Of a stretch of DNA of 64,000 nucleotides, positions 45,701-56,653 are shown in pieces. The stretch comes from Thecamonas trahens ATCC 50062 (lineage: Eukaryota; Protista; Apusomonadida): positions 186,001-250,000 of the forward strand of contig NW_013657664.1 in the NCBI RefSeq assembly GCF_000142905.1, given 5' to 3'. How positions within the stretch are numbered: the stretch's first letter is position 1; each line of letters opens with the position of its first letter. The notes beneath the pieces were generated by a model, which was given only the letters and a program-made list of their open reading frames with translations, was not told the DNA's origin and did not search any database. Position numbers and translations under genes: made by a program.

Positions 45701-45963
45701 TTGTCTGCACCCTCAATGCTTTCAACGTCCGCGTCCCGCACATCCGGCTCCTCGAAGCGCTCGGCGACAACAGGGGCTTTCTCGTCGTCATTCCGCTCAT
45801 CTTTGTCGTCCAGGTCTCATTTACGCTCTTCTTTGGCTCCCTCCTCCGTGTCGTCCCGCTCACTCTAGACGAGTGGGCCTGGGTCTTTGGCCTTGCCACG
45901 CTCATCATCCCATTCGACATGGCCCGCAAGGCGCTTCGCGGCCAGGCCGGGCTCAAGGGTTGA
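42708..45963 (+). CDS. P-type Ca2+-ATPase (IIB/PMCA-like); intron 42829-42938; frameshift near 44138
   Basis: LTGEP, VAVPEGLP, DKTGTLT, KGASE, MITGD, GDGIND, LLWVNMVMDT. Confidence 0.94.
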
Positions 45964-47430
45964 TCTTGCGGAGCGCCTTCATCGTCACCTCGTAGGCCAG
46001 GAAGAGCGCGCCATCGGCCGGGAACGCCCGCATCAAGCACGGCAGGTAGCCCTTGTAAAACCCGCGCAGGCCCTCGCTCTTCCACACCTGCTTGATGATC
46101 GGGAGCGGGCCCTTGTACACCTCGGCCGTCTGCAGCCGCGCCGAGAGCAGGTCGAGCGGGAAGAAGGTTCCGTAGGCTGCGAGCGTCCAAGTCCTGCACT
46201 GTGAGTCTATCGTCATATCTCTCTGCTCCTCCTCCTTTGTCCCCCCTCACGCAAACTGTGCCAAACGCCCTCAACGTACCCACAACTCCGGCCAGGCCAC
46301 CTGCAGCGATCGAGACCAGCGGCGATGGGTTCTTCTCCTCGCCCTTCTTGGAAAACTTGCGGCGGAAGTAACCATACGAGCCGTACCACAGACCAACGGC
46401 AGGCATGTAGCCGGCGAGGACAAGTGGGAAGCCAACGTAGAGCGAGCGGATGCCACCCTCCTTGACAACCTGGCGGGCGCAGTCGATCATGCCCTTGTAG
46501 CGGAGCTTGCCAACGTCGCCCTTGGCGTTGTCCTGGATCATCAGCCGCTTCTTGACCAGCTCGGTGGGAACGTAGACAAACGACTGAACAAAGCCAGAGA
46601 AGACACCGATGTAGAAGAGGCCAGGGACCGTCAGCTGCGTCTCGCCGGCCTCGCCGCCGGTCTTGGGCTCGATGGCCGACGGCACATACTCCTTCAGCAG
46701 GTACTCACCGAGCCCCCACCCTCCAAACGAGCATGCGTAGATGAACGGCGTGCCCGAGAGCGGCGACCGCACCCCCTTGTACAGCGCCATCACACCTTCG
46801 TTCCGCACCGTCTTGATCAGACAGTCCAGTGGGCCCTTGTACTTGCGCGCGCCCGCTGCCCCATCGACCTGCAGCCGCACCTTGAGCGTATCAAACGGAT
46901 GGCCCACCATAACCACTACCCTTCCCATCGCCCGCCCCAGTCACCGGCAGTACCCACCGCCCCTCATCACACCGTAAGTCGCCTGAACCACCACCACCGC
47001 CTCCCTCCTCCCCACCCACTTGCCCCTACACCACCACCCACTCACCCCCTCCCCCTCCCTCCCTCCCACAGGTCCACCGGCAGCACACCACCTACCCGCC
47101 AGGCCCGAGTTGGTCCCCGCAATGAACTGGTACATCAGCGGATCCTGTAACACCCCCCCCCACACACACCAGGTCCCATACCCAGTCCCACGCCCAGTCC
47201 CATGCCCAGCTGTGAGTCTCCACCCCACCCCCACCCACCCCCCACCCACCCACCCACCCCTACACACACACACACTCACACACACAACCACAACCACAAC
47301 CACACACCACTGCACATACATCTCCAGTGTGGGTGTCGTTACTCTCTGCAGCAGGCGTCGGCACAGGCTCTTCCGAGCCGGCAGACGCAGCCACAAATCG
47401 CGGGAACGGGCTGGTCGGTGCCGTCGCCAT
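45953..47430 (-). CDS. Mitochondrial carrier (carnitine/ornithine-like); exons 47430-47320, 47144-47096, 46915-46280, 46176-45953
   Basis: PFDTLKVRLQ, PTELVKKRL, PLDLLSARLQ; EGxxxxYKG; RAFP; all proposed introns are GT-AG and frame-preserving. Confidence 0.9.
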
Positions 47431-47561
47431 GAGTGATGCGCGAGAGTGGAGTGTGTGATGTGGTGTCCTCGCTCGTCCCACGCCTCCCATGGCCAACAAA
47501 GAGCCGCTCACTCGGGTCCCCTCACATACATTTGCCGACACAATGCAGTTTTTTGTCGGGA

Positions 47562-50252
47562 TCACAGCGGCCAGGTTCGCGGGAGGCCCAGCCACGGTGC
47601 AATGGTCATCCAGGTCTTGGCAACGCCGACAGGGAGCCAGGCGTGCCATGGATCGATGCGCAGGGCCAGCGCAAGCAGCTCGCTGGCAGTGTGTGGAGAC
47701 GACGACGCGAGGTTCGGGTGCCCGGCAACAAGGCGCGCGGCAGCAAAGGCGGCGTAAGCGATGGGCCCGGCCTCCTGCTGCGGCAGCTGCTCGTCGTCCG
47801 ACGTCGGCGCTTGCGCCGCGATGAGGTAACAGCGCAGGGCACCCTGAAGGTCGCCCTGAGCTTCGGCGGCCAAGCCGAGTTCAAGCCCCGCGTACGGGTC
47901 CGGTGACGACCAGTCAGCAAGGATGTGGACAAAGCGGGCACGGAGCCGGGCCAGCGCCGGATCGGACCCGTCGCGAGTGCGGAAGAGGTCATCGATGACC
48001 ACAAGTGCGTTGCGGGCGGCGACGCGCGAGCCAGACCATGCTGCTATGCTGTAGAGCGTGAGGGCAGCATCGGACGCTCCAGCTCGTGCCGCAAACCATG
48101 CCAGACCCAGTGCCTGAACATGGTTGGGTGCACGACCGGCGGCCGCCACAAGCAGCGACCGCGCGGAGTACTCCATGGATTCGAGTTGCTGGCGCGGTAG
48201 CGGGGGAGCATGCGGCGGCGGCGTGACCACTGTCCGTTCGATGAGTTGGTATCCGCGGCCAGCCTGTCCGACCGGCGAGCCGGCGTCGACGAGCGTGTCG
48301 AGCAGCGAACTGTAGCTCGGTATCACGCTGGCGTCGAGTGTGGCGCCGCGGGCGCCTGCTGCATCACGGAGTGCGAGCCAGGCTGTGGCAAGCAGCTCGT
48401 CGCCATCGATGGGTGTGGCATGCGTGTCCCGCGCGTTGACCGCCAGCAGCTTGGCCGCCTCAACAATCTGGCCGACCTCGCACAGCGCAGTTGCCCAGTG
48501 CAGTCGCACGTACCACGCGCCAGCATCGCCTGCCGCCGACGCACCGCCGTTGATGGTAGCAAGTTCGCTGAGCGCCTTTTGGTAGTGTACCAGGCTCCGT
48601 GGCAGCGATTTGGTCTCGCCCAGGCCATGCTGGGCCATGACGCCCTGGAACATGGCCGCAATGGCGGCAACCCGACGCGGCGCGGCGGCCCGCTGCATCT
48701 CGCGCCCAAAGATCGACTGCGCATGCGCATGGTCACCATGGACCAGTGACGAGAGAGCAGTGGCAACTCTTGCACGCGCGGAAGCCATGTCAGCCGACTC
48801 TCCCGGAAGAAGCTGCCTGACCCAGCTCTGAACCTCAGTCTCAAAGAACCGCGGCAGCGGGAGGTCAGCGTCGTCGCCTACCGGCACCAGCGGGCGGGCG
48901 AGGAGGGCTGCTTCCGTGGCAATAGCCGGGACCATGGCGAGCGACGGTGGCGCGCTCCACGCTGCCGTCGCTGCGAGACCTTCATCGGCCAGCGCACGCC
49001 ACGCCTCGACCGGACGGTCCCGGCCACCGTCGACGGACGCGACCGCGCCCTGCGGCAGCCCTAGCATCGTCGCGAGATCAAAGTAGGCTTGCGCTGACAC
49101 GTTGCGTCCACCTGCAGCATGGTGCGCGCCGAGGAGCAGCGCTGCGCGAGCATCGTTCAGCTCGCTGACGGCTGTCTCCAGCAGCTTAAAGGCAGCGCTG
49201 GGCTGAGTCGGCATGCAAAGGCCCCACATTGCCTGCCACGCTTGTGTCAGCAGCGCGTCAGCTGCGCCCATCTGCATGTCGAGGGCCAGGCTGGCGCAAA
49301 TCCTAGACGCCGGCACATGGCGGAGCGCGGTGAGCATCGGATGTGGAACGAGTGAGGACTGCGGGTCGCCGTCGAGGGCAATGCGCGCATAGTCGGAGCG
49401 CGCATACGCCAGCGCCCAGTGTTCAGACGCGCTGCTGGCTTCACCCTCACCCCGGCTCGCCTGCCAGCTGACAACCTTGGCGTCACGGCGGGAAGACGCA
49501 GCGTCAAAGACCTGGACAAAGATCGGTGAGAGAACAAGTTCGTTGTTTTTGTGGGCAAGCGCGGCAATTTGCGGAGCAGGAAGTGGCACATCGCGGACGA
49601 CAACGCCCTCGACTGCACCGGCAAAGCCGCTCTTGGACCAGGGATCGCACCCGATGAACCAGTCGCCGGTGTTGGTGACGAACGAGTGCTGCGGTGCGAG
49701 CGGCTGGGCCGGCCACGACGCCGAGAACGCTAGCGAGCCGTTGATGTAAACCCGGGCTGTGTCCGCTTGGGCGCCATACTCGACGACGAGGGCGAGCGCG
49801 TGCCAGGCGCCGGGCAGAAGGGTGACAGTCGCCGGCGAGTCGACAACAGCGGCCTGATCAAAGACCCATGATCCGCGCGCGGCCACCCGCAAGCCGGCTC
49901 TGGGCGCCGGGTGGAGCCACAGCGCCGGAATGGCCGATGACGAGTTGGATGGCTTGCGGATGATAGACCGGTACGGAGCGTGACCGGGAGGTGAGGGTGA
50001 GCTCGGTGGCGGTGGCGGCGCGACAAAGATCCACATGGCCACAGTAGCGCCAGCGTGCTGACGAGCTGAGCCACGGCCGTTCCCCTTCCCTACATCAGCA
50101 TGCAGTGGTGGCAATGGTGGCCGGCGGACCCTTGCGTATGCCTTGCTATCCAGAGCGAGACCACAGGCAGGCAGTCCAGAGCAAGCCAGGCACACCACCA
50201 TCAAGACCACCACTGCCAGCCCTGCCCGAGTCCAACTCCTTTGCGACGGCAT
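47562..50252 (-). CDS. Signal-peptide protein with LamG/ConA-like domain and degenerate Sel1-like helical repeats
   Basis: Hydrophobic leader; TVAMWI..GAWHALALV..VYING..FIG..FAGAVEGV (LamG); AFKLLETA..ARAALLLG, HGLGETKSLPRSLVHYQKA (Sel1-like). Confidence 0.65.
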   Translation of the reverse strand: MPSQRSWTRAGLAVVVLMVVCLACSGLPACGLALDSKAYARVRRPPLPPLHADVGKGNGRGSARQHAGATVAMWIFVAPPPPPSSPSPPGHAPYRSIIRKPSNSSSAIPALWLHPAPRAGLRVAARGSWVFDQAAVVDSPATVTLLPGAWHALALVVEYGAQADTARVYINGSLAFSASWPAQPLAPQHSFVTNTGDWFIGCDPWSKSGFAGAVEGVVVRDVPLPAPQIAALAHKNNELVLSPIFVQVFDAASSRRDAKVVSWQASRGEGEASSASEHWALAYARSDYARIALDGDPQSSLVPHPMLTALRHVPASRICASLALDMQMGAADALLTQAWQAMWGLCMPTQPSAAFKLLETAVSELNDARAALLLGAHHAAGGRNVSAQAYFDLATMLGLPQGAVASVDGGRDRPVEAWRALADEGLAATAAWSAPPSLAMVPAIATEAALLARPLVPVGDDADLPLPRFFETEVQSWVRQLLPGESADMASARARVATALSSLVHGDHAHAQSIFGREMQRAAAPRRVAAIAAMFQGVMAQHGLGETKSLPRSLVHYQKALSELATINGGASAAGDAGAWYVRLHWATALCEVGQIVEAAKLLAVNARDTHATPIDGDELLATAWLALRDAAGARGATLDASVIPSYSSLLDTLVDAGSPVGQAGRGYQLIERTVVTPPPHAPPLPRQQLESMEYSARSLLVAAAGRAPNHVQALGLAWFAARAGASDAALTLYSIAAWSGSRVAARNALVVIDDLFRTRDGSDPALARLRARFVHILADWSSPDPYAGLELGLAAEAQGDLQGALRCYLIAAQAPTSDDEQLPQQEAGPIAYAAFAAARLVAGHPNLASSSPHTASELLALALRIDPWHAWLPVGVAKTWMTIAPWLGLPRTWPL

Positions 50253-50855
50253 AAGCAGACAGAGCCAATGAGTATTCCCTCCAGCCGACACCTTGTTATG
50301 AGTGAGGTGAGGCAGTGAGCAGGAGAGTGTGAGGTTGGTGTCGAGGGTGTGCGCCATGGCTTCATGAACAGCTGCTGACCTCGGGAGCTCTGCTACCTCT
50401 GACAGGCACTCGACCTGCTGCTTGTGGCCAAGTCGGCCATCGGAATGGTGCCCCGTGCCCACGGTATCGCACGGGTCAAGCGATGGCTCGGCGGGGTGTT
50501 AAGCGGCATGTCATCATCTAGCACAATGTTGATACCCACATAGTTGATCACATCGCCTCTGCCATCTATGCCGTCGTCAGACCATGTGTCACGCCACTCG
50601 CCAAGCCGTCATCGCACCGGCAAGATCCCGAACTCCGGCCTGGCCAGCCACAACTACAACCAAGGCGAGATCGCACTCCTGGAACCCGCCCATCCCCCCC
50701 TCTGCATCGAAACCCTCACGTCGGCAAAGCCACGATCCCCCCTCCTCCACCCCACCCCATCAGCCGTCCCCTCTTCCCGGACTCGGCCACCATCCATCCT
50801 CTGCGACCACCGGGCCCATCACCTCTCCCTCACCCCACCCCAGCCTACCGTTGCC

Positions 50856-51887
50856 ATGTACAAGTCTGGCCTATCGTTTGTGGAGGTGTACTCCGAGCTC
50901 GAGCACTCTGTCCTTGCGCTCGATGCGGTGGTGCTCTCTAAGACCACGGCTTTCCAGCAGCTGGACATTGTCGACTCGTCGCTCTACGGCCGCTCGCTGG
51001 TGCTGGACGGCTCGTGGCAGTCGTCGAGCCGCGATGAGGCGCACTACCACGAGGCGCTGGTTCATCCGGCCTTTCTGGCCTATGCTGCCGCCCATGGAGC
51101 CGCTGGTCCGTCGACCGTCCTCATTCTCGGCGGCGGCGAGGGCGCCACCGCCCGCGAGGCCCTCCGCTGGCCGTCGGTGACCAAGGTAGTCATGGTGGAC
51201 ATCGACGGCGAGGTGGTTGAGGCGTGCAAGGAGCACATGCCCGAGTTCTCAGCCGGCGCCTTTGACGATCCCAAGGTCGAGCTGGTCATCGGCGATGCGC
51301 TCAAGTACCTGGCCGACGCTGGCGCCGATGCCAACGGCCCGCGCTTCGACGTGGTCATCTCGGACTTGTCGGATCCGATCGACGACGGCCCGTCACAGGC
51401 TCTGTTCACCCGCGAGGTCTTTGCTTCTGTCCGCGGCGTCCTCTCGCCCGAGGGTGTGTACGTCCTCCAGGCCGGCCAGGTCTCGCCGTTCCTCGAAATG
51501 CATGTCCACACGTACTCGACCATGAAGGCGGTCTACCCGCACGTTCTGGGCTACTCGACGGATGTGGCCTCGTTCCGCTCGCACTGGGGCTTTATGCTCG
51601 GCGCGTTTTCCGACGCGTACGCGCCGCAGGCAACGTGCCTCGGCCGCCCGGCGCCGTTTTCGCCGCTCTTTGCCGCGTCGGCCATCGACACCCTCCTCGC
51701 CGGTGCCGACCTCACCGACTCGCTACAGCTTCTCGACGGCGAGGGCATGCTGAGCATGGTGACCCACCCCAAGTGGCTCCGTACCGCCTACGCACGCGCC
51801 ACCAAGGTGTTCTCGTCGAGCGATGCCGAGCTTGCGTCGTACACGACCACGCTCGACGACGAGAACGAGCCTGCCGCCGCGCAGTGA
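50856..51887 (+). CDS. Polyamine aminopropyltransferase (spermidine/thermospermine synthase family)
   Basis: LVLDGSWQS, YHEALVHP, LGGGEGATARE, VDID, SDLSDP..GP. Confidence 0.93.
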   Translation: MYKSGLSFVEVYSELEHSVLALDAVVLSKTTAFQQLDIVDSSLYGRSLVLDGSWQSSSRDEAHYHEALVHPAFLAYAAAHGAAGPSTVLILGGGEGATAREALRWPSVTKVVMVDIDGEVVEACKEHMPEFSAGAFDDPKVELVIGDALKYLADAGADANGPRFDVVISDLSDPIDDGPSQALFTREVFASVRGVLSPEGVYVLQAGQVSPFLEMHVHTYSTMKAVYPHVLGYSTDVASFRSHWGFMLGAFSDAYAPQATCLGRPAPFSPLFAASAIDTLLAGADLTDSLQLLDGEGMLSMVTHPKWLRTAYARATKVFSSSDAELASYTTTLDDENEPAAAQ

Positions 51888-51911
51888 AGCCGCCGCGCAC
51901 TTCGGTCTCAG

Positions 51912-53727
51912 CTAGCTCGAGGCAAGCAGGTCACCAATGGCCTCGACCCACTCGGACGCCGTCGCGTCCGGATCGGACAGATTGTACGACCGATCCGGGA
52001 CGTGGATGCGGAACTTCTTGGCCGAGACCAGTTCCGGCGAGAGGTCGCCCGACCACGGGATCTCGCCCTTGACCACGTTCTTCTTCGGGTCGACGTAAAA
52101 CAGCCGCGGCTTGTCGGTGAGGAACAGCATGCGCTTCTTGGTTGAGAGGCCCTTCTTCTTGAACACCAGCCCATTCTTAACAATGAGCTCGTCGTCCCCC
52201 ACAAAGTCGGCCCACTGTGACTGGCGTTGCAGCGCAAGCTTCTCGCCGCGGCTCCGCGAGTCGTCGCCGCCGCACGCGTCCGTCCCGGCCGCCATCTCGG
52301 GCGATAGGACCGAGAGGTCAGGCGCAGGCTGCTCCCACAGTCGCTCCCAGTTGACGCCTTCAAAGAAAAAGTGATCCCGCAGCATGTCATACCCGCCGGG
52401 CCCAGCCCCGATCCGCTCCACTGGATCCAGTTCCAGGAGCTCGTCTACCAGCCCGCGCGCCTCGTCCGACGGAAAGTCGTCCGGAAACTTGAGGTCGCGC
52501 TTCTGGATGCGCTGGAAGATCAGATAGTCAGTCGCGGCGTGGAACGGCATCGCGCCCGTGAGCAACTGGTACAGAATGCACCCGAGGCCCCACAAATCCG
52601 ACGCTTTGCACGTATACTTGTCGGTAAGCAGCTCGGGCGAGACGTACTCGGCCGTGCCCAGAAACGAGTTAGACCGCGCCATGGTTGTCTCGGATGCCGT
52701 GCCATCACCTGCCCCGCCATCGCCCTCGCCTTCGCCCTCACCACCGTCAGCCGGCTCGAGAAGTTTGGCCGTCCCAAAGTCAGTGATCTTGAGGTGCCAG
52801 TCGGCCGTGATGAGCACGTTCTCCGGCTTGAGATCGCGGTGGACCACGTTCTTCGAGTGCAGAAACTCGAGTGCAGACACAAGCTCCGCCATGTGGAACT
52901 GCGACGTCGGCACGTCGAACCGCCCCAACGTCCGCAGCCACGTCAGCAGCTCGCCGTTCTCAGCGATCTCCATCACAAAGTACAGTGACGACGGATCCGA
53001 AAACGTATAGTACAGTCGAACCACCAGCGGGTGCTTGCACAGATCAAGCAAGTCGCGCTCCGTCGTCACATACCGGATCTTATCCTCACGCATGATGTGG
53101 TCCTTTGACAGCACTTTGATGGCGCACCGCCGTCCATTCGCCTTTTCTTCGGCCTCGTACACCTACACCGCGCCCCACTGAGTAAGGCCACCGCCCGCCC
53201 AGCAACCAACCAGCAACACCACTACCGCCACCCTTCCGGCCTTGTGCCTAAACCCACCACCTATTACCTCCTCCTCCCTCCTTTCACCCACGCCTTCCTT
53301 CAGCCCACCCACCCACTCCCCCTGCCACTCCCCCTTCCCCTTCCCCCTCCCCCACCGACTGCCAGAACATGCATTGCCCAATTCGGGACTCAAGAGAGGG
53401 GGTACGGCCTGGGGGGGTGTGGACGGCTCCCCAGACAACGGCCCCCAGAGGGGTGAGGNNNNNNNNNNNNNNNNNNNNNNNNNNNNNNNNNNNNNNNNNN
53501 NNNNNNNNNNNNNNNNNNNNNNNNNNNNNNNNNNNNNNNNNNNNNNNNNNNNNNNNNNGGGGTGGGGGGGTCGACCCGCAACCTACCCCCCCTCCCCTCC
53601 CCCCTCCCTTCCCCCCCTTCCACCCCCCCCCACACAAACAGGTAATACATACCTGTCCAAATGAGCCCTCTCCAAGCACTGTCCTGAACTCAAAGTCCTC
53701 CCTGTACCGCTTTCGCGAGTCTGCCAT
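51912..53727 (-). CDS. PDK1: 3-phosphoinositide-dependent protein kinase 1 (kinase + PH); exons 53727-53653, 53162-51912
   Basis: LGEGSFGQV, HRDLKPEN, TDFGTAK, RSNSFLGTAEYVSPE, KKRMLFLTDKPRLFYVDP..KGEIPW. Confidence 0.96.
53459..53558. other. Assembly gap (100 N) inside the PDK1 intron
   Basis: Run of N flanked by G/C homopolymer tracts. Confidence 1.
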
Positions 53728-53890
53728 GGCTCTCGGCTTCTGCTGCTGCTCGAGTGCAGCTAAAAGTCCCGAGTTGCGTGTTGGCTATTGGCTGCTGGCT
53801 GCTGGCACCCGAGTGTGTCAGGACCACTTCGAGCTGCAATCGCTCAGCTGGCTGTTCCGCGACCGGGTTTATCACCACGCACATTCTCAC

Positions 53891-56164
53891 TCACTCGTCG
53901 TCAGTGTCCATGTCAAGAGGCGAAAAGACGAGCGCGACCCGCGGCGAGCGCCGGGCAGACGACGGCGAGGCCGATCGGGCGGCCGAGGACCGGAGGAGCG
54001 ATGCCCGTCTACGCTTGACAAGCGGCGATACCGAGTCGTGCTGCCTGGCTGGTGGATAGAGCGAGGCAATCGACGAGCTGAGCGCGCTTTCCAGCTCCAG
54101 CGGTGACGAGAGCCGCAGCTCGCGCGTGCTCTCCAGCGAGCTGGACAGGCCGGCAGTCTTGGTACCGATATCCATGGGGGTCGGCGAGGCTGCCGTCGCA
54201 GCCGCCGAGCTCGGGGGCGGCACGTTGTCGTCAGTCTGGTCGTGGATGAAGAACCGCTCCAGCGACGAGAGTGGGCGCTTGATGGGCGTCGGCTTGGTCG
54301 AGAGCGCCACGGCCGAGATCTCGAGCGGGCTCGCCTCCGAGGTGGCAGCAGCAGCGCTGTCCATCGGCTCTCCGCCCTTCAGCGGACGAAAGTAAGAGGT
54401 GACGAGCCCGGCTGGGCCTGCCGGCGCCGCCGCCGGAGGAGGCGGTTCGCAGTTGAAGAACTGCGTGATCGACGCCTGGCCTCCGCCGCCAACGTCCCCG
54501 CCGGTCGGGTTGCTGCGGACCAAGCCGGCGGTCGGCGAAAAGAGCGGCGAGAAGAGCGGAGACGACTGACCGTCGCGCGCCATGGTCGGCGAGAGCCGCG
54601 CCAGCCGCGGTGACGGCACCCGCCGCGCAGCCAATGGCGAAAAGGTCGGCGACGCCGGCGGGAGCTCGGACGCGGCTTCGGCAAGCATGGGCGGCAAGGT
54701 GCACGCAGCTGCGTCGTCAAAGCCGGACGTCGAATACAGACTCACCCACTCGGGGAGTGGCGCATCCGCCGCCGCATGCTCGGGCGACGGTGCAAGGTCC
54801 CACACGCGCACCGTGTTGTCATCTGAGCCCGACGCGAGCTTGAACGGATCGGCTGCACACCCATCCACCGCGGTCGACTCGGTATCGTGGCCGCGGAGGA
54901 CCATGAACGGAAGCAGTGCCGACGAGGAGCCCGGTCCGACTTTCGCTGCCGGGGCGTTGTAGTTCCACAGGTACACGCCGCCGTCTGACGAGCCTGAGAC
55001 CACAAACTCGCCTGACGGCATGAACGCGCTCTTGACGTAGAACGACCGCGTCCGATGGCCGAGCAGGAGTCGCGGTTGCGCCGTCGCAGGCTCGGCAAGC
55101 ATGTCCGCCATCGAGTACACGTAGATCGACGAGGTCGTTGCCTGCGAGACCAGCACTGACGCTCCATCCGGCGACATGTCGAGCGCCACCAGCCCATACC
55201 GCGAGCTTGCCGCGCTCCCCGGGCCGCCGTCGACCAGCGACGGCGCACCAAACGGCGAAGGTAGCAGCGCCGCTACCGCCGCCCCGGTCGGCTTCCGCGC
55301 GCTTCGCAGCGCGCGCACGTCCCAGATCTTCATGAGACCGTCAATGGCGCCGGCCGAGAACAGCGTCACGTCGTCGGCTGCAAACCGGACCGCCGTCACC
55401 GACTGGTTCGCCTCCAGCTTGCGCATCCGCCGCGCGCGTTGATACCGCATGAGTACGTGCGCGTTCGGCACAGCAACAACCGGCCCGGCCTCAGCCGCCC
55501 GCGCGTCCCACAGCATGATGGCCCCGTCGCGCGCTGACGATGCCAGCAGCGACGGTGAGCCGGGTGCAAATGTCACAGACTTGACCGAGCCGCGATGGCC
55601 GGCAAGCACCTTTTTGCACAGCCCGGTCTCGGTATCCCAAAGCTTGCAGTTCTGGTCGCCCGACGCAGTCACAATTGTGCGTGCGTCGGCCGCCCACGCC
55701 AGATCAAAGATGGCGTTGTTATGCGCGATCCACCACTCGCGCTGCGTCGTGGCCTCATTGCGCCCGGCAGTGTCGAGCACCGTCACCGTCCCGTCCTCGT
55801 CGGCAACCGCCAGCAGCGAACTCGATGCCCCGCGCCCAGCGAACTTGACTGCCGTCGGCGGCACCAGCGGAGCCGCCACCTGCGACGAGCCAAAGTCGCC
55901 CGATCGCGCCTCGGCAATCGACGGAAAGACATGAAGGCCGCGGGCGTAGCACGCGTACGCACCGGTGTATGCCGTTGCTGCAGACACTTGCGCCGCGAGA
56001 CCGCCCCGGCCCCGCGGCCCACGCAGAGCACGCTGCGCCAGCGCGCGTCGCACAGACCCAGCACTCGCTCCAAGCCCTGCCCCACTTCTCACGCTAGCTG
56101 CAAACCAACCCGCAGCGGGTGTCCGCGTCGGCGACGCGTTTAGCGTCCTCGGCAGGCCCCGCAT
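53891..56164 (-). CDS. DTL: Cdt2/DTL WD40 substrate receptor of CRL4
   Basis: LAVADEDG, AHNNAIFDLAW, TASGDQ, GHRGSVKSV, QSVTAV, SFYVKS, SGSSD; C-terminal PIP-like QASITQFF. Confidence 0.88.
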   Translation of the reverse strand: MRGLPRTLNASPTRTPAAGWFAASVRSGAGLGASAGSVRRALAQRALRGPRGRGGLAAQVSAATAYTGAYACYARGLHVFPSIAEARSGDFGSSQVAAPLVPPTAVKFAGRGASSSLLAVADEDGTVTVLDTAGRNEATTQREWWIAHNNAIFDLAWAADARTIVTASGDQNCKLWDTETGLCKKVLAGHRGSVKSVTFAPGSPSLLASSARDGAIMLWDARAAEAGPVVAVPNAHVLMRYQRARRMRKLEANQSVTAVRFAADDVTLFSAGAIDGLMKIWDVRALRSARKPTGAAVAALLPSPFGAPSLVDGGPGSAASSRYGLVALDMSPDGASVLVSQATTSSIYVYSMADMLAEPATAQPRLLLGHRTRSFYVKSAFMPSGEFVVSGSSDGGVYLWNYNAPAAKVGPGSSSALLPFMVLRGHDTESTAVDGCAADPFKLASGSDDNTVRVWDLAPSPEHAAADAPLPEWVSLYSTSGFDDAAACTLPPMLAEAASELPPASPTFSPLAARRVPSPRLARLSPTMARDGQSSPLFSPLFSPTAGLVRSNPTGGDVGGGGQASITQFFNCEPPPPAAAPAGPAGLVTSYFRPLKGGEPMDSAAAATSEASPLEISAVALSTKPTPIKRPLSSLERFFIHDQTDDNVPPPSSAAATAASPTPMDIGTKTAGLSSSLESTRELRLSSPLELESALSSSIASLYPPARQHDSVSPLVKRRRASLLRSSAARSASPSSARRSPRVALVFSPLDMDTDDE

Positions 56165-56653
56165 CCGGGTTCGGAAAAAGGTCGCAGAATCTACACCTTG
56201 CGGCCACAGCCCGTCCAGCCTCGTCCAACCGTGGTCTTGTGCTGCTCACCAGCGCAGTCCACGACAGGTATGAGAGCCCCACAATACCAAAGCACGTATT
56301 CTACTCTCTGTCCTCTCTACACTTGCCACCAACTGTCTTCCGCGTATGGCAGAGGAGAATGAATGTGTCGAGTGCAGAGGGGGGAGAGGGGGGAAGAGGG
56401 AGAGGTACCGAACCATTCACTCATTCGTTCGTTGCTTCGCGTGTTCGTTCTGTTGGGTCGATAATTCCACAACGGACACAATGAAAAGGAAGCGATGTTC
56501 CGAATCGTAACATTCATTGGTGATGATTGCTCGCCAGCAGGCCAGTCGGCCAGCCGGCCAGTCGGCTAGGAACGAACCCCACCACGGAGTGGCCTCCCTC
56601 GCCCCCCACCCCACTTACGATTGCTCACCACCTCGCTTGCATTCCAACAAGCC

